Assembly (NCBI RefSeq): GCF_963921235.1
Contig: NC_086108.1
Span: forward strand, 6,076,001 to 6,140,000
DNA length: 64,000 nucleotides
Direction: 5' to 3'
DNA from: Mobula hypostoma
Lineage: Eukaryota
Position numbers and translations under genes: made by a program. The notes under the pieces were generated by a model that saw only the letters and a program-made list of their open reading frames with translations, did not search any database and was not told where the DNA came from. Positions 25,681-39,189 of this stretch are shown one piece after another (the first letter of the stretch is position 1; every line of letters starts with the position of its first letter).

Positions 25681-26571
25681 AAATGCATCACTGGAGGTAC
25701 TGGGTAGAATCCTTTCCCTCTTCACTGCCGTGGTAACTGTTAAGTTGTGCTACAAAAGTACAAATAGAATAGCATCAAAAATTGAGGCAGCGTGTTAGTG
25801 TAATGCTATTAGAGCTTCAGACACCCAACTGCTGACTGCCAGGAGTTTGTATGTCCTTCCTGTGACTATGTGGATTTCCTCTGGGTGCTCCGGTTTCCTC
25901 TCCCAGTCCAAAGATAAACAGGTTAGTAGGTTGGTTGGACACATGGGTGTGTAATTGGGATCACTGGGCGGGAAGGGCCTGTTACCGTGCTGTATCTCTA
26001 CATAAATTACTATAATCAATCTAGCCCTTAATTGTCAATTTCATATAAAGATTTATATTGTACAAACGTGGACAGTTCTAAAATTTGATCCTGTTATAAT
26101 TACTATTCTATAGATTTGCTGAGTATGCCCACAGGAAAATGAATCTCCAGGTTGTATGTGGTGACAAATACGTACTTTGATAATAAAATTTACTTTGAAC
26201 TTTTAACAATCTAGTTAGTGTACCTATAACATCCCCATTAGTGTAACTAAGCAATCTTAGCGGTCAATAAAAGTATAATATGCTGTGGCTCACCCCTGGC
26301 TCTAACTAGACTAAAACTGACTACAACAAAGGGTGAATATGTAACAATACTCTTTGCTTTTCTGTACCCATAACCCAACCCAGATGACAAATTACCGTAA
26401 TAAACATGCAACACAAAATACAGACGGAAAATAGATTCATGGCTCCTACAGTAAAGTTGAGGTATAAGGTGGCAGTGATGTTCAATAATCTATTTCTTAC
26501 GTAGTACTTGGGGAAATAAATGTGTTAGTTTTGAACTGGATTTTAAATAATTCATGCCCCACCTTTTCCAG

Positions 26572-26844
26572 ATTGCTTTGCCTCAAACCGAAGAGAATCG
26601 CTACTTTTTATCTCTGCTACTTGAGCCACGTAGCCTCCTGGTGCTGAAAGATAGCATGTACTTGAAGTATCTACATGGAATCAGACCCGTGTCAGAGGAC
26701 ATTATCACAGACAAGGTGGCAAACTTGACGTCTTGCAACTCAAAACTTGGAGCTGTTTTAACGAGGACTACAAGAGTGTCTCTGACTATTCGTCATGTGC
26801 CAAAAGTTTTAAAAACTACCATATTATTGGGGAAGAAAAAATAA
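26572..26844 (+). CDS. ALKBH6: ALKBH6 last coding exon (IALPQTEENRYFLSLLLEPRSLLVL...LHGI...RVSLTIRHVPKVLK...GKKK*)
   Basis: TTCCAG acceptor; distal Fe-binding His (LHGI) and 2-oxoglutarate-binding RVSLTIR; TAA stop. The spliced CDS totals 720 nt, 239 aa. Confidence 0.95.
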   Translation: MALPQTEENRYFLSLLLEPRSLLVLKDSMYLKYLHGIRPVSEDIITDKVANLTSCNSKLGAVLTRTTRVSLTIRHVPKVLKTTILLGKKK

Positions 26845-27094
26845 GAGAGGATTTTCTTTAAAATAAGTTGAGGCCCCCGCCCCCCACAGGACACCTCCTC
26901 CCTCAATATCACCTCCCTGAGTAAAAAGGCACAGCTGTACCTTCAGTTCCTGAGGAGACTGAGGCAAGTGAGGCTCCCTACCTACCCACACCCATCTTGA
27001 CTACATTTAAAGGAGCACTATTGAGAGTGTCCGACAAGTTGCATCTTTATCTGGTATGGGAGCAGCCAAGCATTGGATCAGAAGTCTTGACAAA

Positions 27095-27546
27095 GTCAAA
27101 GTCAAATTTATTTATATAGCACATTTAAAAACAACCCACATTGACCAAAGTGCTGTACAGATCAGAGCAACAACCAACAAGGCAAATGGCTTATAGGCAC
27201 CAAAGAAACAACACAAGGGCCTAGGCACATGGTCCTGAAGGAACATTGTTTCATTTTTACTGTGCACTGTACTGGCAGTTATGGTTGAAATGACAATAAA
27301 AGCGACTTGACTTGAAAATCAGCCACATCAGGAGGATTCAAACGCTAGTGAATAGAAGTAAGTTTTGAGCCCGGATTTAAAAGAGTCGATGGTGGGGGCA
27401 GATCTGATAGGGAGGGGAATGCTGTTCCACAGTCTAGGAGCTACAACAGCAGAAGTGCGGTCACCCCTGAGCTTAAGTTTAGATTGTGGGACAGCCAGGA
27501 GCCCCAAGTCAGCTGACCTGAGGGACCTGGAAGTAGAATAAGGGAC
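27095..27546 (-). mobile_element. L2-clade LINE 3' fragment nested in a Rex1 fragment
   Basis: RSLRSADLGLLAVP...RGDR...APRLWNSIPLPIRSAPTIDSFKSGLKTYFYSLAF*. Confidence 0.8.
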
Positions 27547-28049
27547 TGTTAGAGTGACCAAGAAGATCACAGGGATCGCCAATGATCTAATGGGGTCGTT
27601 TTTCAGGAGTGCTGCATACACAGGGCACTTAGTGTTATCAAGGATCCCACCCATCCATCCAGCATCCTCTGACATTCTACATCAGGTAGGAGACGCCGAT
27701 ACATAAAGACAAGAATGGTCAGTATGGGAAACAGCTTCTTCCTGCAGGCCGTTAGGCTTCTGAACTCCCTGCCGCATCACATTCGAAAAGTCTCTAGATC
27801 ATATGTACTGTACCCTGCAATACTTAATTTATGCACTTTGTTTATTATTATGTAATTCATTTGTGGATTTAATGCTTACTTTCCTAAGTTATTGTGTGTC
27901 ATGAGTACTACTGTGCTTTACACCCTGGTCTGGAGAAATGTCTTGTTCTGTGGTATACATGTATACAGTTAAATAACAAAAAACTTGATTTGACAAGAAT
28001 GGTGATAGCAAAACAAGCCCTTTCTTCATACTCCACACACCCCAGGACA

Positions 28050-28574
28050 GGCCTCCACTTTCTCACTCCCAAATAAGGGACAAAAATAGCAGTCAAATAC
28101 GGGACACTTGTGTTTACCCCGAGAAAAGCTACCATGACCATGAAGCCTTGCTGGGGCACCTGCGTGCGCATGTGTGTATGTGCCGATTTTTTTCTACGAA
28201 TGGGTTTTGGCTTAATCTTCCCTATTCTGTTAAGTGAAACTACACTGTACATACATTATTCCTACTTTATATAGGCTGTGTATTTATCGTATCAGTCTTG
28301 CTTTTACTATATGTTAGTGTTATTTTGGGTTTTATGTGCTATTTGATATGATTTAGTAGGTTATTTTTGAGTCTGGGGACGCTCAATAATTTTTCCCATA
28401 TAAATTAATGGTAATTGCTTCTTCGCTTTACGCCATTTCGGCTTATGAACGGTTTCATAGGAATGCTCCACCTTAGCGGGGAAAATACGGGACAAGGACA
28501 GTCCTGTATGGGACAAACCAATTTAGCCCAATATACAGGATGCCCCAGCTAATACAGGACAGTTGGCAGCCCTA
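28050..28574. mobile_element. Non-autonomous hAT-like DNA element with repeated AATACGGGACA subterminal motifs
   Basis: Right end GTTGGCAGCCCTA, left end degenerate; the motif is repeated near both ends. Confidence 0.5.
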
Positions 28575-31500
28575 TCACGTTTCTGGGCCTTTGGATTCCA
28601 GTGGACTCTAACTATCAGACATCGGATCTTTGACTTCCCCAGCAATCTTGCAAAGACTCACAGACCCAAGGCTTCAGCCATCGGGCCTCAACTTTCGGAC
28701 TTTCAATCTACCCTGGACTCGCCAATGATATTGAAATGAAGACCCCAAATTCTGGGCCTTAAACTCAGGTCTCACCGACTTGCGTACCTGGGAGGCCATC
28801 GGCCCTCGTGCCTCCTGTCCGCACAGAACTGCAATCCCAGAAAATGCTGCCGATTCATTCTCATTTACCTTAGGGTGGGGGCCACCAGCCTTTGTCCTCG
28901 CTGGTCTGCCAGACCAACATTCAACCTCAGGAACTATGTACGTAAATTCCACACATTTATTTATTTAGCGATACAGCTCAGTAATAGGCGCTTCCAGCCC
29001 AACAAGGCCGTGCCACCCAACTACACACACGAGACCAATTAACCTACTAACCCATGTATCTAGAATGTGGGAGGAAACCCACACAGCCATGGGGAGAAGG
29101 TACAAACTGCTTGCAGTGACCCCAGGTTGCATTACTGATGATCTGCCCCAGTGCACACCCGGTTCATTAAGCCAAGGGGTGTCGGACATGTTCAAGAAAG
29201 GCGTGGCCCAGATTAAAGTGGCTCCGCTACCCTATCCGCCACAGACCCACATACCTCACCACACTAAACTCTATAACTTTATCTCTCCCAGCCACACATA
29301 TACATCCACCAGCCCTACCCTCAAACCTAATGCTCAGGTCCAAGGGGGCACACACCACCACTAATCCTAGGTGCACCCCATTTAACCGTGGCCACACCCC
29401 TACAAACCCAATGACATGCAAGGAGGAGGAAGATCCAATAAAGGCAAGTGTTGGACCTGGTTAATGAAGGCGTGGGCCAGATGAAAATGGTAGGGTTGTG
29501 TGACACTGAATCGCGCGTGACAAGATCAAGCACAAGAGGGATGATTCTCCCACTGCCCGCATACTCTCAACCCTGACTGGTCAAACAAAATTGTTTTGGA
29601 AACAGCAATGAAGAATCCCTCTGCATGTGAGTGTGACGGAATACCAGACTCTCCTCCAGGGCTTTCGTGACTGACACTAGTGGAAACCAGAGGAAGCTAC
29701 TGAAAAAATGTAGGAAGCCCCAAACACCATCAGAGATGGAGGACCTTCATTGCTGCTCTAAATGCTGCTGGTGTAATGGGCAATAAGTAACAAGTAATGT
29801 TACTGTGTACAATAGGCTGTCCTGAAATACATAGCAACTACTCTGCCATGGTTTAATAAATTACTGACTGTAATATAAATGAATGCTTGTGGTCATGAAT
29901 ATTGAAAAATTAGGTTTTATTTACTGTAATTAGTAATACATGTTACCACTTTATTAAAATCTGACACTTGTTTTCCATGACCATGTCTGAGATGCCAAAG
30001 TGTTGGGATGGACAGTAGTTTTGATGAACTGTCGATCATAGTCTCTGCATGATTTGCTGTTGTTTGCATGGTGGGTGGTGTGGGGGGAAGAGGAGGGTCG
30101 ATGATTTTGCCGCTGCTTGTTAGAGGGAGGGAGGCTTTGGGGTTCTAAAGTTTTCTGTCAATCATTCTTTGCATTTTTCTGTTTTGTGAATGTCTGTGAA
30201 GAGTAAAAATTTCAGGATGTATACTGTATACACTCTGATATTAAATTGAACCATTGAACCATAACTCTTTTAAACATGAATGGATTTCCAGCTTAGACAG
30301 AACAACCGCCCATCTCTCTGTTGACATGGGAACATCTGATGTTTTTCTGTGTGACCAAATAGGGAAGTATCATCATTTTAAGTGATAAGTGTGCTTAAAG
30401 AATATTTAATAAAAAAAATTACGATGGTAAATTCAATATACAAACAAGAAACAACATGTTGATTACAATGTGAGATTTTAATAATCACACAGTGGTTTGA
30501 ACATATCCTGTGGTTCCTGAATAACTGACAGAAGATATAAAATTTTTTAATATAATATAGATTCCCCAAATCAGGGCCACATCAGCAGATTAAAGATTCG
30601 ATTTTTTTGCCACATTTACATCGAAGCATAGTGAAATATGTCTTTTGCCTCAATGACCATAGCAGTCAGTGGATGAGCTAACACCCACACCTCACGAACC
30701 CTAACCTGTATGTCTTTGGTTTGTGGGAGGAAACCCATGTGACTACAGGGAAAATGTCCAAACTCCCTGCAGACAGCGGTGGGAAATGAAGCAGGTCACT
30801 GGTGCAGTAATAGCATTATGCTGTTGTGCTACACATTAATGATCCTGAGGATGTCAACCTCTGATTACTGACCAGAGCCATTTCAACACTCAGTCTGGGA
30901 TTGCTGACTCTGGGATACTGTTGTGTGTGCTGCTTTACTGGCTGTGTCGCCTAGTGAACTGATGTGTTTTGAAGCTGGACATCAGATGATGTCAGGGCAT
31001 TGATAGAACAATCAACAATCTTGTAAAGAAAGTTTTTGGCACATTGGCCTTCATAAATCAATGTATTGGGTACAAGAGATGGGATGTTATGTTGAAGCTG
31101 TAGAAGATGGGGAAGCCTAATTTGGAGTAATGTGTGCAGTTTTGGTTACCTACCTACAGATAAGATGTAACTGAATTTAAAAGAGTACAGAGAAGATTTA
31201 CAAGGATGTTGCCAGATCTGGAGGACCTAAGATACAAGGAAAGATTGAACAGGTTAGGGCTGTATTCCTTAGAATGTAAACGTTTGAGAGAGATGTACAA
31301 AATTTTGAGAAATATACAATGGCTTTTTCCACTGAGGTTGGGTAGGACTACAACCAGAGGTCAATGGGTTAAAGGTGAAAAGTGAAAAGCTGAAGGGGAA
31401 TGAGGGGAAACTTCTTCACTCGGAGGTCTATGAGAGGCCTGGAATTAGTTGCCAGCACAAGTGGTGCATGTGAGCTGGATTTCAACGTTTGGATATGTCC

Positions 31501-33234
31501 ATGGATGGTAGGGATATGGAGGGGTATGGTTTTGGTGCAGATGGATGGGAGTAGGCAGATTAAATGGTTTTGGCATGGACTAGATGGGTTGAAAGGCCTG
31601 TTTCTGTGCTATACTTCTATATAAATCTAATCTCCATTATTGTTTCATCCTCCTGATGGGAACCTGAGACAAGCTGACACTCTCTGAGACACAGGTCTCC
31701 AGGCTCTCCCATTTTCAACTTCCTGCACGATCTGAAGAGAACTGCGATATCTGAGCAGTGTATCTCTGGTTCAGCAGACAAGTTTGCACCTTTAACAATT
31801 CTTCTGCTGGCGAATGATCTGTGCATACACTGCATCACTGCACACACAGATGAGCCATCTTGTGCCGGGGGAGTGTGGGGGTGCATCCCTATTCATGTGC
31901 AGAACAGGTATCTACTGCCATGTCACAGTCCCTTTGCTCCTGGAGGACCACAATTTGCTCATGGGAGCATCCCTGTCCACCAAGAGCAGCAAATGCGCTT
32001 CTGCTCAATGATTCCTAACAACATCTAGCTACTACTGTGTGACCAAGGTCAGAGATCTAGTTTGACCAACAGAGACAGGAGGACAGTGGTCTCCACAGGA
32101 GCTGTTACCATACATGAGAGTGCGCACACAATGTCCAGAGTGAAGGGGGTGAGCAGGGCTCCACAGACTCTCCATAGGGTGCAGCAAGATACACTCTTCC
32201 ACCCTCCTTTCTATCTCCTGAATTCTATCAACTGGCCTGATGGAGATCTCACCAACTCAGTATGCTTCGCCAATCAGTTTCTGCAAGAAAACATCTCAAG
32301 TGGCCCTCAGCTGAAGCTCTGTTGTAATGTGTGTGATACGCACCGCAAGCCCATCAAATGTGCAAAGGTCTCGATAGTGAATGTCATGAGGATGTTTCCT
32401 ATGGTGGGGAAGTTTAAGACTAGAGGGTACAGCCTCAGAATAGTAGGACATCTGAAAGAATGGAAATGAGGTGGAATTTCTTCAAACAGTGGTGAATCTG
32501 TGAAATTCGTGGAGGCCAAGTCATTAGGTATACAGTATTTAAGGTAGAGATGGATAGATTCTGGATTAGTCAAGGCATGAGGGGTATGGGGAGGAGATAG
32601 GAGCTGAGAAGGAAATGGATCAGCCATGTTGAAATGGTGCAGACTTAACAGGCCAAGAGGCCTAATTCTACTCCTATATCTTATGGTCTATTTCACCACC
32701 ACCCAGGTTCCCAAACTTAGCTGACTATCCTGTCTCCACTTCCACACATATTCTCTGGCTTCAAGCACCCAGATATTCAGCTGAGCTCCAAACCAAATGG
32801 TCTTCTGAAGATGGGAGTCAAACCTCTTCAGTATTAGAGCTTCACTCACTAGGTATATGACAAAGAATCCCACTCTTATCTGAAGTAATGACAACTTGAC
32901 TTCCAGCTGCAGAGGCATCAGAGGAATTGAACCAAAGGGTTAAAAAATGTGAATTATGCTTCCAGTAGTAATATAGGACTGCCTATGGACTCCAGCTCTG
33001 GATTTTTGAGGGAGGGGGTGTTTGCTCACAAAGGCTTCCCCATGAGTGGGTATAGCTGCAGGGCAGCAGGGGTTTGAGGTTAAGTGTTTTTCTTCTCCCA
33101 GATGAGTTGCCAACCACAACTGATGAGCCCCATCTGCCCAAAATGTTTGTATATTTTTGTTGCGTATATTTACAATTAATAATGACTGTTAAACATGTAG
33201 TAATTGTGGATAATAATAAACATGAGAGATTCTG

Positions 33235-33610
33235 TAAATGCTCGAAATCCAAAGCAATACATAGAACATGCTGGAGGAGCTCAGCATGTCACATAGCAGA
33301 TATGGAAATGAATAAACAGCCATCATTTCAGAAGAGGGAAGACAGTAGAATGAGTAGTTGGAGGGGAAGGAGGAGAGGTAGAAAGTGATAGGTGAAGTCA
33401 GGTGGGTAGAAAAGATAAAGGGCCGGGAGAGGAAGGAATCTGATAGGAGAAGAGAGTGGACAATGGGAGAAAAGGAAGGTTGAAAGCTACCCAGATGGAA
33501 AATAAGCTGCTTCTCCACCCTGAGGGTTGTCTCACCTTGACATGAAGTGGCCGTGGACTGACATGTTGGACTACAGTGAGAATGAGTAAATGGGAAATAA
33601 CCACATTTAG
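33235..33610 (-). mobile_element. Old Penelope-like 3' fragment
   Basis: ETTLRVEKQLIFHLGSFQP on the minus strand resembles EATLRLEEQHLIFRLGSLQP at 45540-45605. Confidence 0.65.
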
Positions 33611-33684
33611 AGATGTTGAAGATATACAAGGAACTAAATAAGTTTTTAACATCACCTACTAAAATTCAAGAGGCTCCAGGTGAT

Positions 33685-33865
33685 TTAGCGAGGGACAGCA
33701 TAATATTTGTACTCATGGGGTACAGACAGAAGTCCACTTGAATCTGGTGAGGTGTTGATGTCCTTGCGATCGATGACAGCTTTGAAGACAAAGTTCCGCA
33801 GGAGAGTGGTCAAAAAAGGAAAAGTTCCATGCGAGCCAAAGATTCTCCTAGGCACATTCTTTTGC
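33685..33865 (-). pseudogene. CYP2-family P450 exon 9 (heme motif GKRMCLGE) with a 1-nt deletion
   Basis: TTGCAG acceptor; reads GKRMCLGESLARMELFLF then TGA at 33810-33812. Adding one T restores LTTLLRNFVFK...YAVPR-TAA. Length 181 nt versus the 182 needed. Confidence 0.9.
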
Positions 33866-34152
33866 CTGCAAAAATACAGCGATGTTCTTGAAGAAAAATC
33901 TGTAAAAAGTTGTTTACAGCACTCTGCACTTAATTACTTAAAATATACTTCAATAAAAATAGAGACTTTTTTCCTGTTCCTTTGGTTCTTTTTGGTAAGA
34001 TTTGAGATAGATAATAAATATAGCCGTGACAAAATTATCTAATGAATAAAGTTTTTAAAATTCTGAGTTAGACCATAAGATATAGGAACAGAATTAAGCT
34101 ATTTGGCCCATCAAGTATTTACTGCCATTTCATCATTTTCCCACTTAGCCCC

Positions 34153-37135
34153 AATCAGAAACAGGTTTAATATCACCGGCATGTGATGTGAAGTTTTTTA
34201 AACTTAGCAGCAGCAGCAGTTCAATGCAATACAGAATCTAGCAGAGAGAAAAAAAATGATAAATAAATAAAATAACAAATAAACAAGTAAATCAATTGTG
34301 TATATTGATTAGATTTAAGAAAATATGCAAAAACAGAAATACTGTATATTTTTTTAAAAGTGAGGTAGTGTCCAAACGTTCAATGTCCATTTACGAATCG
34401 GATGGCAGAGCGGAAGAAACTGTTCCTGAATCACTGAGTGTGTGCCGTCAGGCTTCTGTACCTCCTACCTGATGGTAACAGTGAGAAAAGGGCATGCCCT
34501 GCGTGCTGTACGTCCTTAATAATGAACGCTGCCTTTCTGAGACACCGCTCCCTAAAGATGTCCTGGGTACTTTGTAGGCTAGTACCCAAGACGGAGCTGA
34601 CAGGATTTACAACCTTCTGCAGCTTTTTTCGGTCCTGTTCAGTAGCCCCTCCATATCAGACAGTGATGCAGCCTGTCAAAATGCTCTCCACTGTACATCT
34701 ATCGAAGTTTTGAGTGTATTTGTTGACATGCCAAATCTCTTCAAATTCCTGATAAGATATAGCCACTGTCTTGCCTTCTTTATGACTACATCAATGTGTT
34801 GGGACCAGGTTAGATCCTCAGAGATCTTGACACCCAGGAACTTGAAGCTGCTCACTCTCTCCACTTCTGATCCCTCTGAGGATTGGTATGTGTTCCTTCG
34901 TCTTACCCTTCCTGAAGTCCATAATCGGCTCTTTCGTCTTATGACGTTGAGTGCCAGATTGTTGCTGCAGCATCACTCCACTAGTTGGCATATCTCACTG
35001 CTGTACACCTCTTGTCACCACCTGAGATTCTACCAACAATGGTTGTATCATCAGCAAATATGTGGATGGTATTTGAGCTATGCCTAGCCACACAGTCATG
35101 TGTATACAGAGAGTAGAGCAGTGGGCTAAGCACACACCCCTGAGGTACACCAGTGTTGATCGTCAGCGAAGAGGATATGTTATCACCAATCTACACAGAC
35201 TGGGGTCTTCAGTTAGGAAGTCAAGGATCCAATTGCAGAGGGAGGTACAGAGGCCCAGGTTCTGCAACTTTTCAATCAAGATTGTGGGAATGATGGTACT
35301 AAATGATGAACAGCATCCTGACGTAGGTGTTTGTGCTGTCTAGGTGGTCTAAAGCCGTGTGGAGAGCCATTGAGATTGTGTCTGCCATTGACCTATTGTG
35401 GCGATAGGCAAATTGCATTGGGTCCAGGTCTTTGCTGAGGCAGGAGCTCAGTCTATTCATAACCAACTTCTCAAAGCATTTCATCACTGTCGATGTGAAT
35501 GCTAACGGGCGACAGTCATTAAGGCAGCCCACATTATTCTTAGGCACTGGTATAATTGATGCCTTTTTGAAGCAAGTGGGGACTTCTGCCCGTAGCAGTG
35601 AGAAGTTGAAAATGTCCTTGAATACTCCTGCTAGTTGGTTGGCACAGGTTTTCAGAGCCTTACCAGGTACTCCACCTTGTGAGGGTTCACTGTCTTTAAA
35701 GACAGCCTAATATAGGCCTCTGAGATGGAGATCACAGGGTCATCAGGTGCAGCAGGGATCTTCACAGCTGTAGTTGTGTTCTCCCTTTCAAAGCATACAT
35801 AAAAGGCATTGAGCTAATCTGGTAGTGAAGCATCGCTGCCATTTATGCTATTGGGTTTCGCTTTGTGGAAAGTAATGTCTTGCAGACCCCGCCAGAATTG
35901 CCATGCATCCGATTTTACCTCCGACCTAGTTCGAAATTGTCTCTTCGCCATTGAAATAGCCCTCCGCAAATCATACCTGGTTTTCTAGTACAGGCCTGGG
36001 TTGCCAGACTTGAATGCCACAGAGTTTATCCACGGCTTTTGGTTTGGGAATGTACAGCAAGTCTTTGTGGGCATACACTCATCCACACAGGTTTTAGTGA
36101 AGTTGGTAACAACTACAGCATACTCATCCAGGTTCGAAGATGAATCCCTGAATACAGTCCAGTCCACCGATTCAAAGCAGTCCTGTAAGCGCTCCTGTGC
36201 TTCCCTTGTTCTATCTTCTTGGTCCTCACTGCTAGTGCTGCAGTCTTCAGTCTCTGCCTATACTCAGGGAGTAGAAGTACAACTAGGTGATCATACTTCC
36301 TGAGGTGAGGGTGTGGAATAGCATGGTAGGTATTCTTGATGGTGGTGTAGCAATGGTTCAGTGTGTTGTTTCCTGTGGTATTGCAAGTTATCTATTGATG
36401 GTAGTTCCTTAGTGATTTTTCAGACTGGCCTGGTTACAATCTCTCAAAACGATGGTGTTTTGTGCACGTTGATCCCATTATTCAGATCATCTAAAGCCTG
36501 CTTGACATTGGCCTGAGGTGGAATGTAAACTGCTACCAAAATGACCCCAGAGAACTCCCGTGGTAGGTAAAAGGACAACACTTTACTGCTAGATATTCAA
36601 GGTCTGGTGAGCAACGTTGGGTCAGGACTGATATATTTGTGCAGCAAGAAGAGTTGATCATGAGGCATACTCCTCCACTCTATGGATCTATATTGACAGT
36701 GTGTAGTAAACCCATCAATCTGAATTGCTGCATTCTGTACGGAAGGGGTTACTCAAGATTCCCTGAAACAAAGGACACACATGGTTCTAATGTCCCTCTG
36801 ATTCAGCACCCTGCTCTGAGATCATCGATTTTATTCACCAGAGGCTGCATGTTCGCCAGCAAGATAGTCAGTATGGGGAGTTTAAAACCCTGTTTCCTTA
36901 AATGCACTTGTAACCATGATCTACACCTGCGCTTCCTCTGTGGGCACTTCCAACCACAATTAGTGTTGTTTCCATTGGTTTTAAGCAGCGATAGTTCATT
37001 TAAATGCATTAAGACATCTTTGTTGACTGTACTGACCTTGGAAGCAATTGTGCTTTTTAGCTGTATCAGGCTGAAACAGGAATATTTAATCGTATCCATT
37101 GAGAGTGCTGCTGCTACTCGAGTCACGCCTAGGTG
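34153..37135 (-). mobile_element. Near full-length decayed Rex1/Babar LINE
   Basis: LPILTILLANMQPLVNKIDDLR (APE start), FPNQKPWIN, CLNDCRPLAFTSTVMKCFEKLV and DPMQFAYR; inserted in a CR1 tail. Confidence 0.9.
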
Positions 37136-37645
37136 TTCTTCCTGTATCCCTTCATGGCCTAACTAATCAAGAATCTATTGTGTCATCCTGCCTTTAGAAT
37201 ACTTCTTCCTCTTCAGGATGTACATACCCTACACCTTCTGAATTGCTTCCAGAAATTCCAGCCATTGCAGCTCTGCCATCATCCCTGCCAGTGTTCTTTA
37301 AAAGTCAATTTTGGCCAGCCCCTCTCTCATGGCACTGTAGTTCCCTTTGCTTCACTGTAATACAGGTACATCTGACTTTAGCATCTCCTAAAAATTGCAG
37401 GGTGAATTTGGTCGTATTATGATCACAGACTCCTGTGGAACCTTAAGCTCTCTACTTTATGACTTGTTTTGTATTCTCTACAACCTCAATGTAAAACTTT
37501 GATATTATAATCACTAACAAATGACTTTTTATTGATGTAAGAGATGCAAGTTGCTCGAACCTAAACTAAGAAATAAACACTGGAGGAATTCCTTCAACAT
37601 TTTGTTTCTTCAGAATCAGGTTTAATGTCACTGGTATATGTTGTG

Positions 37646-39189
37646 AAAGTTCTATTTTAACTTCATCAGTCCACAGGACTTGTTTCCAAAATGCATCAGG
37701 CTTGTTTAGGTGTTCCTTTGAATCTTTTGAATAGAACTTTTGCCACAATGAGCAGAAGTATGTTTGGAGGAAAAGGGGTGCAGAATTTCAAGAACCCTTC
37801 TCCAACTGTTGAGCATGGGGGTGGATCGATCATGCTTTGGGTTTGTGTTGCAGCCAGTGGCACAGGGAACATTTCACTGGTAGAGGAAAGAATGAATTCA
37901 ATTAAATACCAGCAAATTCTGGAAGCAAACATCGCACCATCTGTAAAAAAGCGGAAGATAAAAAGAGGATGGCTTCTACAACAGGATAATGAACCTAAAC
38001 ACACCTCAAAATTCACAATGGACTACCTCAAGAGGTGCAAGCTGAAGGTTTTGCCATGGCCCCCACAGTCCCCTGACCTAGACATCATTGAGAATCTGTG
38101 GATAGACCTCAAAAGAGCAGTGCACACAAGACGGCCCAAGAATCTCACAGAACGAGAAGCCTTTTGCAAGGAAGAATGGGCAAAAATCTCCCAAAAATTT
38201 GAAAGTCTCTTAGCTGGCTACAAAAAGCACTTACAAGCTGTGATATTTGCCAAAGGGGGTGTTACTAAGTACTGACCATGCAGGGTGCGCAAACTTTTGC
38301 TTTGGGTCATTTTCCTTTTTCGTTATTGTAAGAGGTTTCTTCTTTTACGTTACTGCGTAGGCTAATCAAAATGGCTTCTTTGTTATGTTAACTGCTGAGA
38401 AAGTTTTCTCTTTAGCAGCTTGTTTGAGTTATAAAGAGAATTGTATTTGTTTGCTAACCAATTGGGATAGATGTTATTCTTTCTTGTGTGTCTGTAAGCT
38501 ATCGTGTTGCACGGGCTTTGGGGCAGAAGGCACAATGGAGACAGAGAGGGGAAATGCGATGCTGTAAGTTGGCCGACGGGACGAACCCCAAGTGGGAGTC
38601 CGAGACCCAGGACGTTCGGCGAGGAAAGGAGACAAAGACAGACTCGTGTGGAGCGTCTGGTTGACCACCGTGGTTGGTCCCAGGCAGTAGGCCGAGGTGG
38701 TCAGAGGGGATCGAATGGTGGAAATAGGACCCCGTTAATTGAGCTCCAACTGTTGTGCACGAAATGGTTGAACTTTGATAAGTTTGGCGCCTTTTACTTT
38801 CCTTTCATATTTTATCTCTATTAATTACATAGTTCCAGTAATATCTATAAATTGTAATCATTTAATCGCATATGGTGTATTGTCTGTTATTTGGCGGGGT
38901 GGGGTACATCACACAGCATCCACACAAACTTGATTACCCAGTCTGGCGGGGCCGAAGGCTGCTTCCCCTAAATGAAAGTGAGTTGAGCGAGCCTGAGGCT
39001 TACCAAGGGGCTACATCATTTTGAAACTATAAAAGATGGAAATAAAAAAAAGTTTTCTTGCTTAACATATTAAAGAAATGTGTCATTTTTAACTTTATGC
39101 CTTTTGGAAATCAGGAAATCTTTTACTCGCTTAGCTATTCACAGTAACAGAAATTTTGACCGGGGTACCCAAACTTTTGCATGCCACTG
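37646..39189 (+). mobile_element. 5'-truncated Tc1 (IR/DR-type) transposon with the C-terminal half of the transposase
   Basis: PTVEHGGGSIMLW...QQDNEPKHT...WPPQSPDLDIIENLW...GGVTKY*; repeated CAAACTTTTGC DRs; end ...GCCACTG followed by TA. Confidence 0.9.
38327..39015. mobile_element. Solo LTR inserted in the Tc1 right inverted repeat
   Basis: TGTA...TACA termini, flanks TTAT/TCAT (4-bp TSD with 1 mismatch), 689 bp; Tc1 sequence resumes after it. Confidence 0.75.
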
